Assembly: GCF_963853765.1 (NCBI RefSeq)
Contig: NC_088854.1
Location: 25,234,001-25,298,000, forward strand
DNA length: 64,000 nt
DNA from: Magallana gigas
Lineage: Eukaryota
Direction of reading: 5' to 3'
In this document: positions 1-14,200 of the stretch, piece after piece
Numbering within the stretch: position 1 is the first letter of the stretch
How the letters are laid out: each line of letters begins with the position of its first letter
The notes under the pieces: model-generated
The model's database searches: none
Told to the model about the DNA's origin: nothing
What the model saw: only the letters and a program-made list of their open reading frames with translations
Made by a program: the position numbers and the translations under genes

Positions 1-769
1 CGTTTATTAGCGTTTGTACCACGCTCTCACGGCGTCTTTAGTGCGTTGTCATCAAGACCACGAAAACTCGAAAAATGACTGTTGTTCAATAGCAAGCGAT
101 GTAGTAATTATCAAACTGGATGTGGATGACTATGTAAAAAGTAGCACTGATTTGTAATATTCCAGGACCTATCAAAGGACATGGATGAAATTCATGTCAT
201 TTGGTTCCGATGTTTTCACATCTTTTCTATGTTTTTCTAACAACTAATAACGGATCTTTTTTGTAGATCTAACTACTAACAGTTTTGTCCTAGTCCTTCG
301 CAAATTATTTAGAAGTAGTTACGTTTCAATAATAATGTACCTATTCATCAAAACAAAACAATTTTTATCACTTATTTACTAGTTGTAAATTCTTGTTTGT
401 TTCCCATACAACTGTACAACTTATTATTAATCCACCAAGAAGTAAAGAACGTCTTATGGACGTAGTCAGCGTGCAGAGCACGCCGTGGACGCGCGGTAAA
501 AACTCCTAGCACGTCCTGAGCGCTCGGTGGACACTCAGCGAGAGCGCAGTCAATCGCCAAGTAGAATTCTGTTGAAACGCAGTTACACGCCGTGGGAGCT
601 CCGTAAGAACGCCTCGGTCGCCGTCAGGACATCGTGACATCTCCATTTGTAAAATTTTTAAATAAAATTGCACATTTTTTCTGATTTTTCCTTGCGATCC
701 TGCGGCGATTCCATGAATTTTAAAACGCCGTGAACACGCCGTTGGAACGCAACTTGGTGTGACAGGGCC
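1..769. mobile_element. Right part of a non-autonomous DNA transposon, PIF/Harbinger-like; the other end lies outside the window
   Basis: CG-rich non-coding stretch ending GTGTGACAGGGCC (769), followed by TTA/TAA. This resembles Harbinger termini and a TWA target. The partner TIR is not visible. Confidence 0.4.
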
Positions 770-1625
770 TTAATATTGGGTTGACTACAACACCACTACA
801 TATATTTTATATAAAAAAACATGAACTAAAAATGTTTTCATTTTTCATCTGACAATACATGTATACTTGTTATTTGGTTTAAAAAGCTGCAAATTGATAT
901 TTTCGATCAAAAGGTTTTAAATTACATTGTGTTTTAAAATCACAGAAAATGAAACTTGAAAGCGCCCGACTTCACATTTGGATTGTCATTTCAGCGTCAT
1001 GTCTGCTTTGAAAACAAACATGATTTGAATTATGATAATTTATCAATAAATATTTTTAGTACTGGTACTTTAGTAAAATTTATTTATTTACATTTTACTC
1101 AGGTCGCTTGAATGAAAATAAAAAAGTGTTTTAATATTTAAAAAGAAATGAACTTTGAAGCCTAGACATTTTTCTTGTTCCGCACAACTAAGATCAACAT
1201 TCTTTTTTATCTATTTAAAAAAGACAAATACTTAAACACTTGTTTAACCCTAATTTATTTATTTCTAAATTACGCTAGTTTTGATCAAAGAAAATCATTG
1301 ATGATGCAAACTTTATTAAGGCTGAGCAGAATTTCCTTCATAACTTTGTAATTGATGCTTGAACACTGAAGTGAAACACGTGGAAGATAAGAATACGTAT
1401 GCAGCGTTTACGATGTTGTGACAATGTAGACACTTATTTTAATTTCATTGTAAAGTAAGTGTTAACATTATCAAAGAATTGTTTAATTAACGAAAATTCA
1501 TTAACAAAGCCCTCAAACTCAGAATGATTTGAACTACATTGTGCCATTTGCTGATTTTAATTATTACTACATGTATCAATATATATATATAATTATGTTA
1601 CTTTTGTGTGTATTTTCAGTAACCT

Positions 1626-2265
1626 GTGTCATTCTCCAAATATAAATATAGCATAGTGCATTTAGAATATATTAAATTTGTGTTAAGTGTGAAGAAGAAT
1701 ACAAACACTGCACTTGTATATTTTGAAACTGGGAGGCTACCTATGAAAACTATACGAATGTTTAGAATATTCAAATTTTGGTTCAAATTGTTACAAAGTC
1801 AGAATTGTATTTTGCAGTCCTGTTACAAAATGCTGTATAATGAGTGTGAATCGTCTTTGGCACCTGCTGAAAATTGGGTTACTGTAATTAAGAATAAACT
1901 TTTTGAAATAGGTCTAGGACATATATGGTATGAACAGGGGTACATATACATTGTGAAACCTATTTTCCTTTAATTAAGCAAAGAATCATTGATCAATTTA
2001 CTCAACAACTTGTAGAACAGATTAATTCCTCATCTCGATGTTATTTTTACAAGCATATTATTGACCAGTTTTCTTTTCAGCTTTCAATATTCATGATAAT
2101 TAAGAATAATTTCTCTGGTTTTTTTGCCTGTTAGTAAAATTTTATTTTATATACATTGTCAATGTCCTTTACATGTTCATGTACCATACCATTATTTCAA
2201 TATTGCTATTATTTATATGTAATAACCTATGCCATAAAATGTTTGTCTTGTGCAAATAAAGAAAA
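1626..2265 (+). mobile_element. 5'-truncated, decayed non-LTR retrotransposon (LINE) 3' fragment
   Basis: ORF 1626-1973 (FVLSVKKNTNTALVYFETGRLPM...FWFKLL...NWVTVIKNKLFEIGLGHIW) resembles the post-RT region of invertebrate LINE ORF2. Stops follow, and the fragment ends in AATAAAGAAA-type tails (~2255, ~2389). Confidence 0.6.
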
Positions 2266-3800
2266 ATAATTCTGTAAACATATGAGTTTGTACGCAAGTG
2301 ATAAGATTTGTAAGGACTGACCGTCCATTTTTGCCTAGATTTTTGTATTGTGCACCATTATAAGTGCTATAAGACGTATGTCTTTTGCAATAAAGAAACT
2401 GAAAATTTAAATTGATTTCTTATCTCAATCATATAATGTCGAAATCTCAATTACATATATAAGGCAACAATCTTTTAAAATGGCTAAGCGAGGTTTGATG
2501 ACTTTTTTTTCAATCATCAATTAAAATAATGGAATCATATAGGCTAAAATTATACTACATAACCGTAACCAAAGACAGACCTTTTTTGCATTAAAACGGA
2601 TTGCAATTAAATGCTTTCCTGGAATTTATATCAAAAGCTATTTTTATCCATAAAATATTTTAAAATTGCCAGTATACTATTCATTTTACATCAAACAAAA
2701 TGAATCACAATTTATTGATGAAGAGGATTGCTATGAAAAAACTTCACCAGTAATGGAGCAGTAAGTCGGTTGTTTTCAAGACTCCGTTTATTTTTACTCA
2801 AAATGAGCACGATTTTTACTCAAATTCTGCACAGGAAAAGATTGGAACTTCATAATGTTATGTGACTGCGTGACTATAAAATAATTTTTTTACATTAAAA
2901 TATTCAAACACTAGCATTTGCCTACATACTTGTGAATTAATCAAGATAGAACCATTTTAACAAGACCTTGGACTTTCGGTTTGACGTAACTGTCTATTTC
3001 TTGTGACATGTGATCACAAATGTACTTTAAAAGAAAAAGACAAAGAAAGATTTCTCCAATACTTTATCACACATACATACATCTCCTATGCATTAGGTTA
3101 AAAAAATGTATCCAAATGAGTTATTTATTCATAACTCATTACCAACATATCAATATAATTAACGCAGTACCGATGAGTTTGCATCAAATTAAAAAAGAAC
3201 ATGTAATACTGTGTGTTTTTAAGGGGAAGAGGGTAACATATGCTACAGTTATTTAAATAGCATAACACCATGCTCTTAGAATAATAAAATTATAAAAAAA
3301 ACAAACTGTTAAGGAGACAAGACGGTCCAGGCTAAATATTACTCCTCAATTAAAGTGAAAGTTCATGTATTTCCTCTATATTCTGATGTGTATAGAATGG
3401 AAATGGAACCAATTATTAGTGATGGATGTGTGGATCTAGAAAATGTTTCCCCCTGGAGGGAGGGGAAGGGGTTGTCCAAAGAATTAACTGATGTGGATAA
3501 TTGTTTTGGACGTCCTTTCCCCTCCCTCTAAATCCAAGTCTGATATCTATTGTGACAAGATATTAACTGAGATACCTAAAGTAAATTTAATAAGCTACAT
3601 GTATATGGTCAAAGTCTGTACCCATTGTTTACAACCAGACTCCTTAAGAAAAGAGAAAATGAACGTTGCTTGAACTGTTTATACACACAAAGTTCTTATG
3701 CTTGTCTGCAAAACCAACTAGAAACTAGTACTTGTACATGTAGCATTTGTCCACTTAATGGAAAACAATTTTTGAAAAAATTTAAGGCAATTAATTAGAT

Positions 3801-6800
3801 TCAGGATTTCAGTTTCCATTTGAGCTTTAGTTTTTCTTTCATTTTCCTGTTACTTGGGTGATTGTAACCAAGGAACACAACACCATGAAGCAGTAAAGGA
3901 ATATGGGTCTCTGAAATGATTGAAGGATACAGTCAAGGTTAGATGCAAAAGTCATCAACTAACATTTTATCTCAACCTTGTAAACAATATTTTGATTATT
4001 TTTTGTATTGAAAATTAAATAAGAAATATGTGTATAAAAGGTTCAAATTGTCCTACATCTATATTCCCAAAAATGATCGATGGAAAATAACCTCATAATT
4101 TTATTATTATTATTTAATAGTACAAAACATTAATGTGACCAATATAATTTTTAAAAATTTCAAACTTAAGATTCTTAAATTAATTCCTTTCATTGAAATT
4201 TTATTCCTTTCAACTTTGACGTATAGTCAACCACACAGAAGCTGCATCACTTATAATTTACTTCAATGACTACCTCTCTCATTAAAATCACAAGTGGTAA
4301 TGTCTAATCTCTACCTACCACAATCGGAATATACAAGGGTCAGTAAAAACAATTTGCAGAAACTTTTCTGGAGTTAAAGCCTGCTAAAAGCTTCTGTGTA
4401 CCGGTAGTTCACAATAAACATAATAGTTTTTGTAACTTGATTTCATAATATAATATTTTGAAAAACTAAATGTATATACTTACCATTAATAAACTTAGAA
4501 AATTCATTCCATCTGTTCAAAAAGTTCAACTGTTCACTTCTAGTCATCAGAGTTGGATTTACTCCATGTTTAAAGCAAACCTAAATGGAGATAAAAGAAA
4601 GATGTGAAAATTAACATCATATGCAGGTACATGTACTTGATACAATGCAAGACCTGTTAAATATGGATTATTTTTCAGAGTATTGTCATGTAGGGTTATC
4701 TCTCACCCATTTCAGTTCGGAGTCGGTTAATGCTGATGGTGCACTTGTGGCCATTGCTTTGTTGATGAGGAACTGGATTTGAGAATCTTTTGTCATGTTC
4801 TTGATCCTAAGTTCATTACAGTGTGCTAGATGCATCTAAAAGATTCACTGACAGTGTATGCACTATGCAACAATAAAGCAGTAAAACAACCTTATGGTTT
4901 TTTTTTTATCAAAACCTAGGCAGAAAAACCTAAACAATCATTAATAACTAAGGTGTTATACCAGTTAATATACAAAATAAAGGTAGTGGTTACTATTATT
5001 GTTTATATAACTTCACAAACAAATTATTTCTATAAGCCTAGGCCAAAGAGTAGATATTAGTTTCTATCAATTTTTACAACATAGAAAATCCAGTCCAGCT
5101 ATCAAATTTTATTCATAGGGATCATTTTCAAAATCAAGTATATTTCAACTAATTTGTAAAAACTATGCAGTAATATTTGAAATGCTTTGGAGGATAGAAA
5201 TAGGTATGTAAACTTATATAAAATGGGTAAAAATATTCAATGCCCCAACATTTCAGAGTAGAGTATAAAAAATTATTGCTCACAGAATAATATTTCAATG
5301 GTCTAGCATTAATGTTTATTGAAGCATTAAAAAAAAAAGTTTTAAAGAAATGTTTGAAAGTTACATGTATATATAAATACACAAAAGAATTTACATACTC
5401 TGTATCTATATGGTATATTGTGCATACTATATCGTCTGTCTTCAAACATTTCTGCAATGCTAATAACTTCATTTGGGCGAATGCTAGTTCCATCATTCAT
5501 CTGTACAATATTAAGAAAAACAGAGTTCATGGATATATGTATTACTTGAAGAAAAAGGTAACAAGTTGCATACATTGCATACCATTAAATTTTTCAAAAC
5601 CATCTATTTTTAAAAATTCAAATTGAACATAAAAAGGTTAAAATATAAAATTGCTATTCTCAAGGCATGTTCATGTATTGTTGATAAATAAAGGAAAGGA
5701 ATATCAAAATTTGTTTCAGGAAAATTGAGTTCCTACCAGGAGAATCTTCTTCAGAATTCAAAGTTTAACTTCATTTTTATATAATCACTAACCTTATTTA
5801 TGATTTCCTCCGCAGCTTTCCTGGCACGTGTATGGGTAGGCAATTTTTCAACTTTTAATGCAAAATCGTCCAACACTCGCTCACAGTAAATCAACTTGTG
5901 TTCCAGTTTATCTAGCTCCACACTCGTCCGCTGGGCCTCGGACATAAAGTGAGAAGTCAGGAAAATACCAGGCCAATTAAATCTAAACAAATTTAAAAAA
6001 AAACAATAGGAACTTGTATGGTGAATATTATCATATCAGTAATACATCATCTCCTGTCTGCTTTATTCCAGGATTATTGGAAGTAAAAAGGACTGCAGCA
6101 AAACTGAAGTTTTAATCCAATCTAATTGGTTTGAGTTTTGTCCCAGAGTGGTAGTTTCTGAGAAATTGACTGGAAGCAAGTTAAAAATAAAATCCTAAAA
6201 ATCATTTGTTTACCAGGGCCATCAAAATACATTATATCCGGTATATTAAAAATGTAAACAAATCATAAAACAACATAAAGAGAAGAGCATCTTTTTGCTT
6301 TGTTGACGGCATGGCGTGATAGTTTCAACTGCAGATATTCAGCAAAATTTGTTGAAAATAGCTCGTTTGATGCGTAAAAACGATATAATATTGTGGAATA
6401 AACATAAATGTCTCGAAGTACCGTATAAGCTATATTTGGGCTCGGGTTGAAAACGTGAAGAGGGTTCAGCAAGCCTAACCCTCTATCACGTTTTCTTAAC
6501 CCACCTAAATATAGCTCAATTCATATATTTCAAGACAGTAACCATGTACATGTATTTATTAAAAATATGTCTGAATGTTTTAATAATACTATAAAGATCA
6601 CCATTTCAGCTTTTGTCAAATAAAAAATAGCCATTATCCCACAAATCTGGGAAATTGGGCATATTAAAAAAAACTTTGATAAGACCCCTGGAACAAACCA
6701 GGAGGTAAAAGGGTTTTTTATTTGACCATTTGATGCCTTTTAGCAATAACTTTCATATGTAGAACAGAAAAAGAAATCCCTAGGGCAGACATTTTAAAAA

Positions 6801-9800
6801 AATGTGCAAAATGTGCAAAATTGATACATTTCAAGCAAATTCCCATAGAGTCCTTTGTTAAAAATTATCAAACTTTGAGATGACCCCTTAAACAAACAGC
6901 GTGGTAAATGTCTTATTTTTTTATCTAAAAATAATAATTATATCAGTAGAAATTCATGTAAAAAAAATTCATTAAAAAATCTAGGGCAGAACAAATTGGA
7001 CCCAGCCTTGTTAACAGTTTAGTAAAATATTGTGTACGGTAAATTATCAACTTACAAAAGAGGTAAAAACATCACACTGAATGGCAACATAGTGATGAAT
7101 ACTATTGGAACTGCTTTGATCTTCTGTTGTGATATCTGTAAATAAAGTTAACAAAACTGCAATTTGAAAACTAGAGCAATAAATTTTTTACTGTTTCTTA
7201 AGCTGCAGAACTGTAGCATTGTGCAATCGTTATGAGTATTGAATAAAAGGTTTTCTGTAAGAATGTGGTTAGCAGGTCTGTCATCTCCAAATTTTCTCTA
7301 AAGCTACACAATGTTATTATAATCATCAGTTACAGTGATGGTTCCTGACCTCTAGGTAAGCCATGAGTTGTGTTTTACTGTATGAACTCAGTCTTTTACC
7401 AGTTTTCATTTCTCCAACCATTCTGGCCCATATAAATGCATCTCTTTTAAGACCCAGTGCACCTACAAATATTTAATATCACAATATACTCATTAAAGAA
7501 TGAACCATTTAATTGTAAGTATATTATTGAATCATCAGCAGAGACATAGGAGAAACTGATAGCAAACTCAGCTAGGAAAGAACAATCAACATTTTATCTG
7601 CTTGAATTTAAAAACCAGTCTGAAAGTAAACCTGCAAAACACTATTGAACCAAAAAAAAATGATTTCAGGTGACACTTTTACAAAACTTCATAAAAGATT
7701 CTGAGTAGACAAACACAAAGACACACAATTTTGAAAATGACTTTGTTTATATTTATATGACAATATTTGCATATCTATTGTTCTTTCCCACTGTAAGTCC
7801 ATACGCAGGAACTGCAATTTTTTTTCTATAATCGCAATTGCTCTGTCTGCATACTATGACGTCATAAAGGTGTGACGTCGTATACTTTTCCATGACGTTA
7901 TAGATTTAAACCACTATACGATACATCATGTTTTTTTCTCCAACTCCATAAAATTGATGTATTTAATTCAAACATGTCTTATAATAACATTTTAAAGGAA
8001 TTTCTGTTATAACATATCATTGATTCTGTTAACAAATCTATGTGAATTAAAAAGATACATTACAGTCTGAATGTTTATTTTTGATGCAATAGCTAAATGT
8101 CAAGGTCTTGGCTAAGACAAGGTATTTGCAAGTGGTAAAATGCAAACATAAGTAATAAACAACAATTATTTAGTGAACATGGCGTTATGAATAGCAACTG
8201 CTCTGCTGGCATATTTTCCATGATGCGCATCATGGAATATGCCAACAGAGCAATTGCTATTCATAATGCCATGTTCACTAAATAACGTTGTTTATTTCTT
8301 AAATGAACACACCCAGCCACTGTGACCATGTGACATTACAGAAACCATCAAACACCCAGTCAGACCACTAACAGTAAAAACCGAAAACAGAACTTCAAGT
8401 CATGGATGCTCAGGTTCTATTCTCTCTGAGAAATTGAAACAGGCAATGCCTTCATAATCTCAAGAGAATAACTCTAGAGGCACAATTCAATCTATAATTA
8501 AGTTTTACAAATGTCTATATTTTTATAATAATGAAACTATATCCCTTGTAATTTTACAGTTACTGTTGTGTCCATAGCCATTTACAGGCAGTTAATAATG
8601 ATCACAGTCTCATATGATGCTTTGTAAATATAATGTATACAGGCAAATATTCGCACCGTTCTATTTTTTCCACTTTTGCCCTTGTTGTCAAAGGGAGAAT
8701 TCCATTGTCTCGAACTATCTCTTTAAACACAACTTTTGCAGGTGAAGAAAGGTGAAAATAAGCCTGTATACAGTATCATGTTACAAAACGTTAGCTACGT
8801 ACCATTTAGTATCTGCATCTGGTAACCGTAGAGTGTGGGGAAACGCTTTTCTAGAAACTTCAAGTAAATATTTTTCCCTCTGTGAAACACATTCTTTACA
8901 CTTTCAACAAATGAATTGTATCTCCTAATGCAAACTGCATTCTGTCTATTCTGGTCATTTTGATGAGGAATATACAGAACATTAGTGCTGTAATGGAAAA
9001 AAAAATACAAATTTAATATTCAACATGAAGGCTGGTAATGAATGAAAGATTTCTTCTACCTTCCATAGCACTCACTCTTTTGAATTTGAGCATAAAGAAT
9101 CTGGGGGAATAAGCCGTTGCAAATGCCCAAAACCCTCTCATATGTCTTATAAGAAGTAATAAACATACGAGTTTACTGGGCATTTAAACGGTGGACAGAA
9201 TTGTCCAAATGAAAATGTCCAAAAATGCGAGAAAGGGGCAATCGACATTTGAAAGTTGTTACTGCGCTTAAATTTTGTAGTATTTACATATACTTTAAAC
9301 TGGCAAATTTGAAATGACATTCACACACTCATTTAAAGAGTTAAAATACAAAAATGTTGATTACTTTCTAATATAGTAAATTTACCTCAGTCATCGTATA
9401 CAACCCCTAACGCAGGGGAGTCGACAAAGAGTATGGGGGAGTCGACAAAGAGTATGGGGGAGTCGATTTTTCCACTTTGGAAACAGAAAGAATTTAGTTA
9501 ACTCCTGCCATACCTGTCAACATTCCAAATATTTTTGGGGGGAGAAAACACGCGACAACCTTTTTTGATAGTAAAAAATCATCGCGCATTCTTTTAGTTC
9601 ATACTGATAACTAAGAAATAACAAATGATACACTTTAATGTTCTTTATTGTAATTGTAAGCTGCTGATTTAGTCAGTTTTAGAGTGTCCTTAGAAGGTTT
9701 CACTTGATGCCATTCCTCTTAACAGTTTATTTTAGCACATAGAAGACAACATAGTGTCTGATTGTCCATGGAAGCTCTTTGTTCTGTCTGTATTTTTCTC

Positions 9801-10917
9801 ACAAGGGAGAACACCCTCTCATAATCTGCATTGCTATTTGGGATACAGCACATAGACTGAGCAATTTTACTAAGAATTGGAATCTTTATATTTTTCATAC
9901 ATAGTCTGCAGAAAGCATGATCTTCGCCTTTCACACTTTTTGTTAACCAACCTTGGAATTCTGCTACCTTTTTCCAAGAATTTAGGTACTTGCAGACATA
10001 CCTTTTCTTTTTTGGCTTTGGTGGTGTATTTTCCATGCTTAAAAACTTCATAAGTGATTAAAAAAGGAATGCCATATTTCCAATACTTATTTCCATTAAT
10101 AAGCCGTTTATTAGTATATTGTCATATTTTGCTGCAGAGTGTCAATTCGACACTAGCTAGTATCCCGTTGTCATTTTTCTAATGTGTATTTCTAAAATTT
10201 CCACATCTGGCCAGCCTGTGTCTGTTAATAAACTCTGCTAATGAGAATCGGAAGCAATTACAATCCCAGTAATAACTTGGTAGCACAGTTGACACCTTGT
10301 TGATTACCTGTTATTTTTTAAGTTAAGTTTGCTATGTATAAATTTGCAAAAAGTGTATCAATTCCTAGCTTACAATTGCTAAAATCCTGCAATTTATAGT
10401 GCACAAAAAATTGTGCAAAATTGGGGCTGATATATAACTTTCTTTTTACACAAATCATGGGCACGTGGAAATTACTATTTATTAACACTAAATTTATCAG
10501 AAAAAATACTACTGATGTCATTGCTAAGCTTACCTCAGACCTTCTCATAAACACGCTAACCAACCTTGGAAAGTGAAGTATGTTAAATTATGAGCAGAAA
10601 TAGAATCACTAATGACGACATCTGTATAGTAAAAGTTTATGAGGATTTTTTTTCTTAGAATTGAAAAATTGTACATGATGTTTGGAAATACATTCATTTC
10701 GTCCAAAACTACCTTCCTTAGATATGCAGCCAGAATTTGAGGAAGAAAAACACAAAATTTCCGTAACTCTATCATTTGTGCTGTAAAATTAGGATTTACT
10801 TCATGAATCCCGAATTTCCTCGTAACTGACGTAAGTCAATTACAAAATCCTACATCCTTACCTTTTTGGCTGTATAGAGAGAATTAATGGTCTTGACAAT
10901 AGGTTCCTCGACAGCAT
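3801..10917 (-). CDS. LETMD1: LETM1 domain-containing protein 1 (mitochondrial), 9 coding exons, ~353 aa
   Basis: Exons (-): 10917-10862, 8987-8803, 7462-7350, 7135-7056, 5982-5793, 5500-5399, 4835-4707, 4580-4484, 3910-3801. All introns are GT-AG with consistent phases (1062 nt). The N-terminus MLSRNLLSRPLILSIQPK looks like a mitochondrial presequence. KRFPTLY, KIKAVPIVFITMLPFSVMFLPLL-FNWPGIFLTSHFMSEAQR, VCFKHGVNP and ETHIPLLLHGVLFL are collinear with LETMD1 as I recall it. Confidence 0.8.
7751..8301 (-). mobile_element. Non-autonomous element with a long terminal hairpin (family H1); inverted copy of 40678-41213
   Basis: About 540 bp closely similar to the reverse complement of 40678-41213. 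Long inverted repeat at ~8150-8295. Lies in LETMD1 intron 2. Confidence 0.75.
8632..8775. mobile_element. Short MITE
   Basis: Terminal inverted repeat TGTATACAGG...CCTGTATACA(GTA), ~145 bp, just inside LETMD1 intron 2. Confidence 0.5.
9415..9466. repeat. 21-bp tandem repeat, 2.5 copies
   Basis: GGGGAGTCGACAAAGAGTATG twice, then GGGGAGTCGA. Confidence 0.9.
9719..10051 (-). mobile_element. Internally deleted hAT transposase remnant (N-terminal Zn-finger start fused to the C-terminal dimerisation domain)
   Basis: KYLNSWKKVAEFQGWLTKSVKGEDHAFCRLC (BED-like start) runs directly into PILSKIAQSMCCIPNSNADYERVFSLVRKIQTEQRASMDNQTLCCLLCAKIN, a typical hAT dimerisation motif (P.S.A..ERVFS...R..L...TL). 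Lies in LETMD1 intron 1. A TIR pair was not identified. Confidence 0.75.
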
Positions 10918-11270
10918 ATTTGGTATCTTGTATGTTACGGTTCCTTCACATAACTCCGCTGATTTAACTTCCCGTGACCACCGGCTGCAAGTTGTTTTCT
11001 GTCAACATGCGTCATTTGACTACCGAGCCCGATTTAATTTTTCGGGAGAGGGCAAAGCACAACTGGTTGTATACGAATCGGAATGTCAGCGGTGAAAAAT
11101 ATACTACAGGTACAGGACACAGTGAAACCAAATAGCCCAAACAATTACAACGAATACAACCTCGAAAAAGGTTGTAGATAATCTCAGTAACTTAAGTCCA
11201 CACAGGCGTCCGTATGTACAGCATCTTCATTCATAACGGTATAAATCGACATCGACATACTACACGTTTA
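10918..11270. promoter_or_regulatory. Putative bidirectional promoter / 5'UTRs of LETMD1 and HDHD2
   Basis: Only 353 bp lie between the two divergent start codons. Confidence 0.6.
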
Positions 11271-14200
11271 ATGGAACACAAAATCAAAACAATCCTCGTA
11301 GACCTGAGTGGTACGCTTCATATTGAGAATGAAGAAATTCCAGGATCGGTGGAAGCTTTGAAAAGGCAAGATATGAAAACTGGCCGGTGATTCAATTCTA
11401 TTCTTTAAGATTTCTCTTTACACTTGAAATAGCTTGATAAAGCTACTTGTGATACTAATTTAAGAGAACTTGACCAACTTTAACTTGTTCACATGAGTTC
11501 TACAAGTGATAACTGTATTTTTACCATGATCAACTCAATATTTAATAACACCTACATATGTATGTTGGTTGAATGGTATCTCAAACCAACTACATATAGA
11601 AGTTTCATGGTAATTAAGTTTGAGATAACAAGGTTTGACTGCATGTACATACAGTTTGCACTGTTGTTCAAATTTCACACCAGTCAACATTTTAATAATA
11701 TGATATATGTAATATTTAATATGTATAATGTCATTAATCAAATGAATTAAGAAATAGGCTGCATATAGGTACCGGTACATGAACATGTAAATTATTTGTA
11801 TAAACAATATATATCATGGCTTGTGACCTACCTTTTCACCTTTACAGGTTGCGGAATTCAAAATTAAATGTTAAATTTGTTACAAACACTACAAAAGAAT
11901 CACAAAGACTTTTGTTTGAGAGGTTGAGGAATCTTGGATTTGATATTGAATCCAGGGAAATTTTCACCTCTTTAACTGCTGCTGTGAAATTGATCAAACA
12001 AAACTCTTACCGACCTCTCCTGATGGTTGATGACAGATCTCTGGAGGATTTCAAAGGTAGGTAAGCATCAATTCATAACTTAAACTATATATTTTCCAGT
12101 TTTAGATAAAATTTTAAATCAAATCATCTGGAGTAATACATGCATGCATGTATTGATCATAAAATGTACAAGAGGTCTGATGTGTGACGGTCAGACCGGT
12201 CGGAATACTGGCACCAGATAGCTCAGTTGGTAGAGCAACTGACTAGAGTTTCAAATGAGGTGATATTTTATAAGCATTCGTTATGATATTATGCATGTAA
12301 ACTTATATGAAATATATTCAACTATTAAATATAGTATAAATAATGAAATTGAAAGAGATTGCTTAATTTCTTTTTGTAAGGAATCGAAACAAAGAATGCA
12401 AATGCAGTTGTTGTTGGACTTGCTCCAGAAAAGTTTCAGTACAACACCTTGAATCAAGCATTTAGGTAAGGGAATATTAGTTGAGAGAACATAACCCCTC
12501 TCCCAATTTCTTTAGTTTTAAAAAAAGAATTAATTTGGTAATTTTTTTTTATTAGACTGAGGTAGTAGATAAACCAAAGACTTAGTGTCTTCTGAACAGC
12601 ATGTCAAATGAAAGGCACAATAAAATAAAAAAAACATGTAAAATATGATCTTGACAGAAAATAATATATGTATTAATATTGGGACTGCTCAAGCAACAAT
12701 ACATGTAAATACCAGTAATTAAACCTATGATGATTAAAAAAGTCAGCAAGTTTTGATTTTGATGCTATGAAAATAAGTTGATAAACTGTCTTTAACACAT
12801 TACTTTTAGACTTTTGATGGATGGGGCCCCTCTTATAGCCATACACAAAACCAGGTACTACAGAACAGGTTCTGGGTTATCCTTAGGTCCAGGTAATGTT
12901 TGATTTGATGCTTTAAAGGTCATTTGTTATTTTGTTTTGTTATACTTTCATGTTAAATACTGAAATCTGATTGGTTAAGACGCAGTTAATAATATTTACT
13001 ATTACCCTCAGCGTTAGCAACGCACTTGGCAACGGGTAACATTAAAAAATATTACATGCGCGAAAATTATGCGCGTACGGTTCGCTGTAGAATTCACGTT
13101 ATTCCTATATAAAAGCAGTAAAATTTTCTTTAAAATTTTAAAAAAGACATTCAGTATAACAAAATAAATAGTGCCTGTTTGGGAGGATAACAGTTGAAAT
13201 TGACACCCCTCGAAAACCATTGTCAACCTCCGCTTCGCGTCGGTTGACAATGGTTTTCTCGGGGTGTCAATTTCAACTGTTACCCTCCCAAACAGGCACT
13301 ATTTATATAATGCTATGTCAGTCTCTCTGTCTTAAAAAATGTGTATTTGTATTTATATTTTTTTAAAAAAAACTTCAAGTATAGTCAAATTCAATCTACA
13401 TAATCCAGAAAAATCCTTGCAATACCTGATAATTGAAGATACAATGAGAGTGAGAGAGAGAAAGGGAGAGAATTCTAGTTAAAGAAAGAGAGAGAGATTG
13501 TTTACATCTAAGGTTATATATTCAGTTATGAATTACATGTAGATATATGAAGTAGAGTATTTTTAAGGATGTCTGATTGATAGATAATTGTTTCAGTTAC
13601 AATAATTGATACCATTGATAATTATTGCATCTTTATGATTTTTAGGACCATTTGTTACTGGACTAGAATATGCAGCAGATTGTAAGGCTGAAGTAGTAGG
13701 AAAACCAGAGAAAGCATTTTTCCTGTCTGCTGTTGAAGAGTTCCAGTGTCATCCAAATGAATGCATTATGATTGGAGATGTAATTCATTGAATTTTATTA
13801 TTACAATGTGTTATAATAATACCGTATATCAGGTTTTTTCCGCGTCATGTTTTTTCCGCGAATCAGAACCTAGAACGGTTTATAAAATTTACGCAAATCA
13901 AATTTTCACTATTTCAAGTCATATAGTTAAAATATAATTCTTGACTGTTTAAATCTGCGAAGTAAGAGGGAAAACGTATTTAAATTGTCACACTAAATTA
14001 TTATGAAAAATTCGAACAATAAAACCATTTACACGATTTTCTTAATGTGAAATAATTATTGATAAATATTTTTAGAGTCGCATACAGTCAAATATCAGTA
14101 GATCATGTACCGTTACATACATTAGTAGCTGATCATGTATACATTTAATTAGACATCGGTTTACGCAAGAAAAGTGACTGTTTAAATTAGCATGTTAATG

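Noticed and set aside
4300-4385. Candidate last exon of LETMD1
   Set aside because: In the required phase it stops after ~13 codons with no similarity. Exon 3910-3801 fits both the phase and the LLLH.V.. motif.
9415-9466. CRISPR-like direct repeats
   Set aside because: The repeats are contiguous with no spacers, there are no cas genes, and the context is a eukaryotic intron.
9509-9521. CATACCTGTCAAC as a TIR of the mini-hAT
   Set aside because: No inverted partner was found on the other side of the ORF, so the element ends are left undefined.
12057-12066. Alternative HDHD2 donor AG|GTAAGC at 12060
   Set aside because: It shifts the frame of exon 3. The donor at 12056 restores DFKG-IET.
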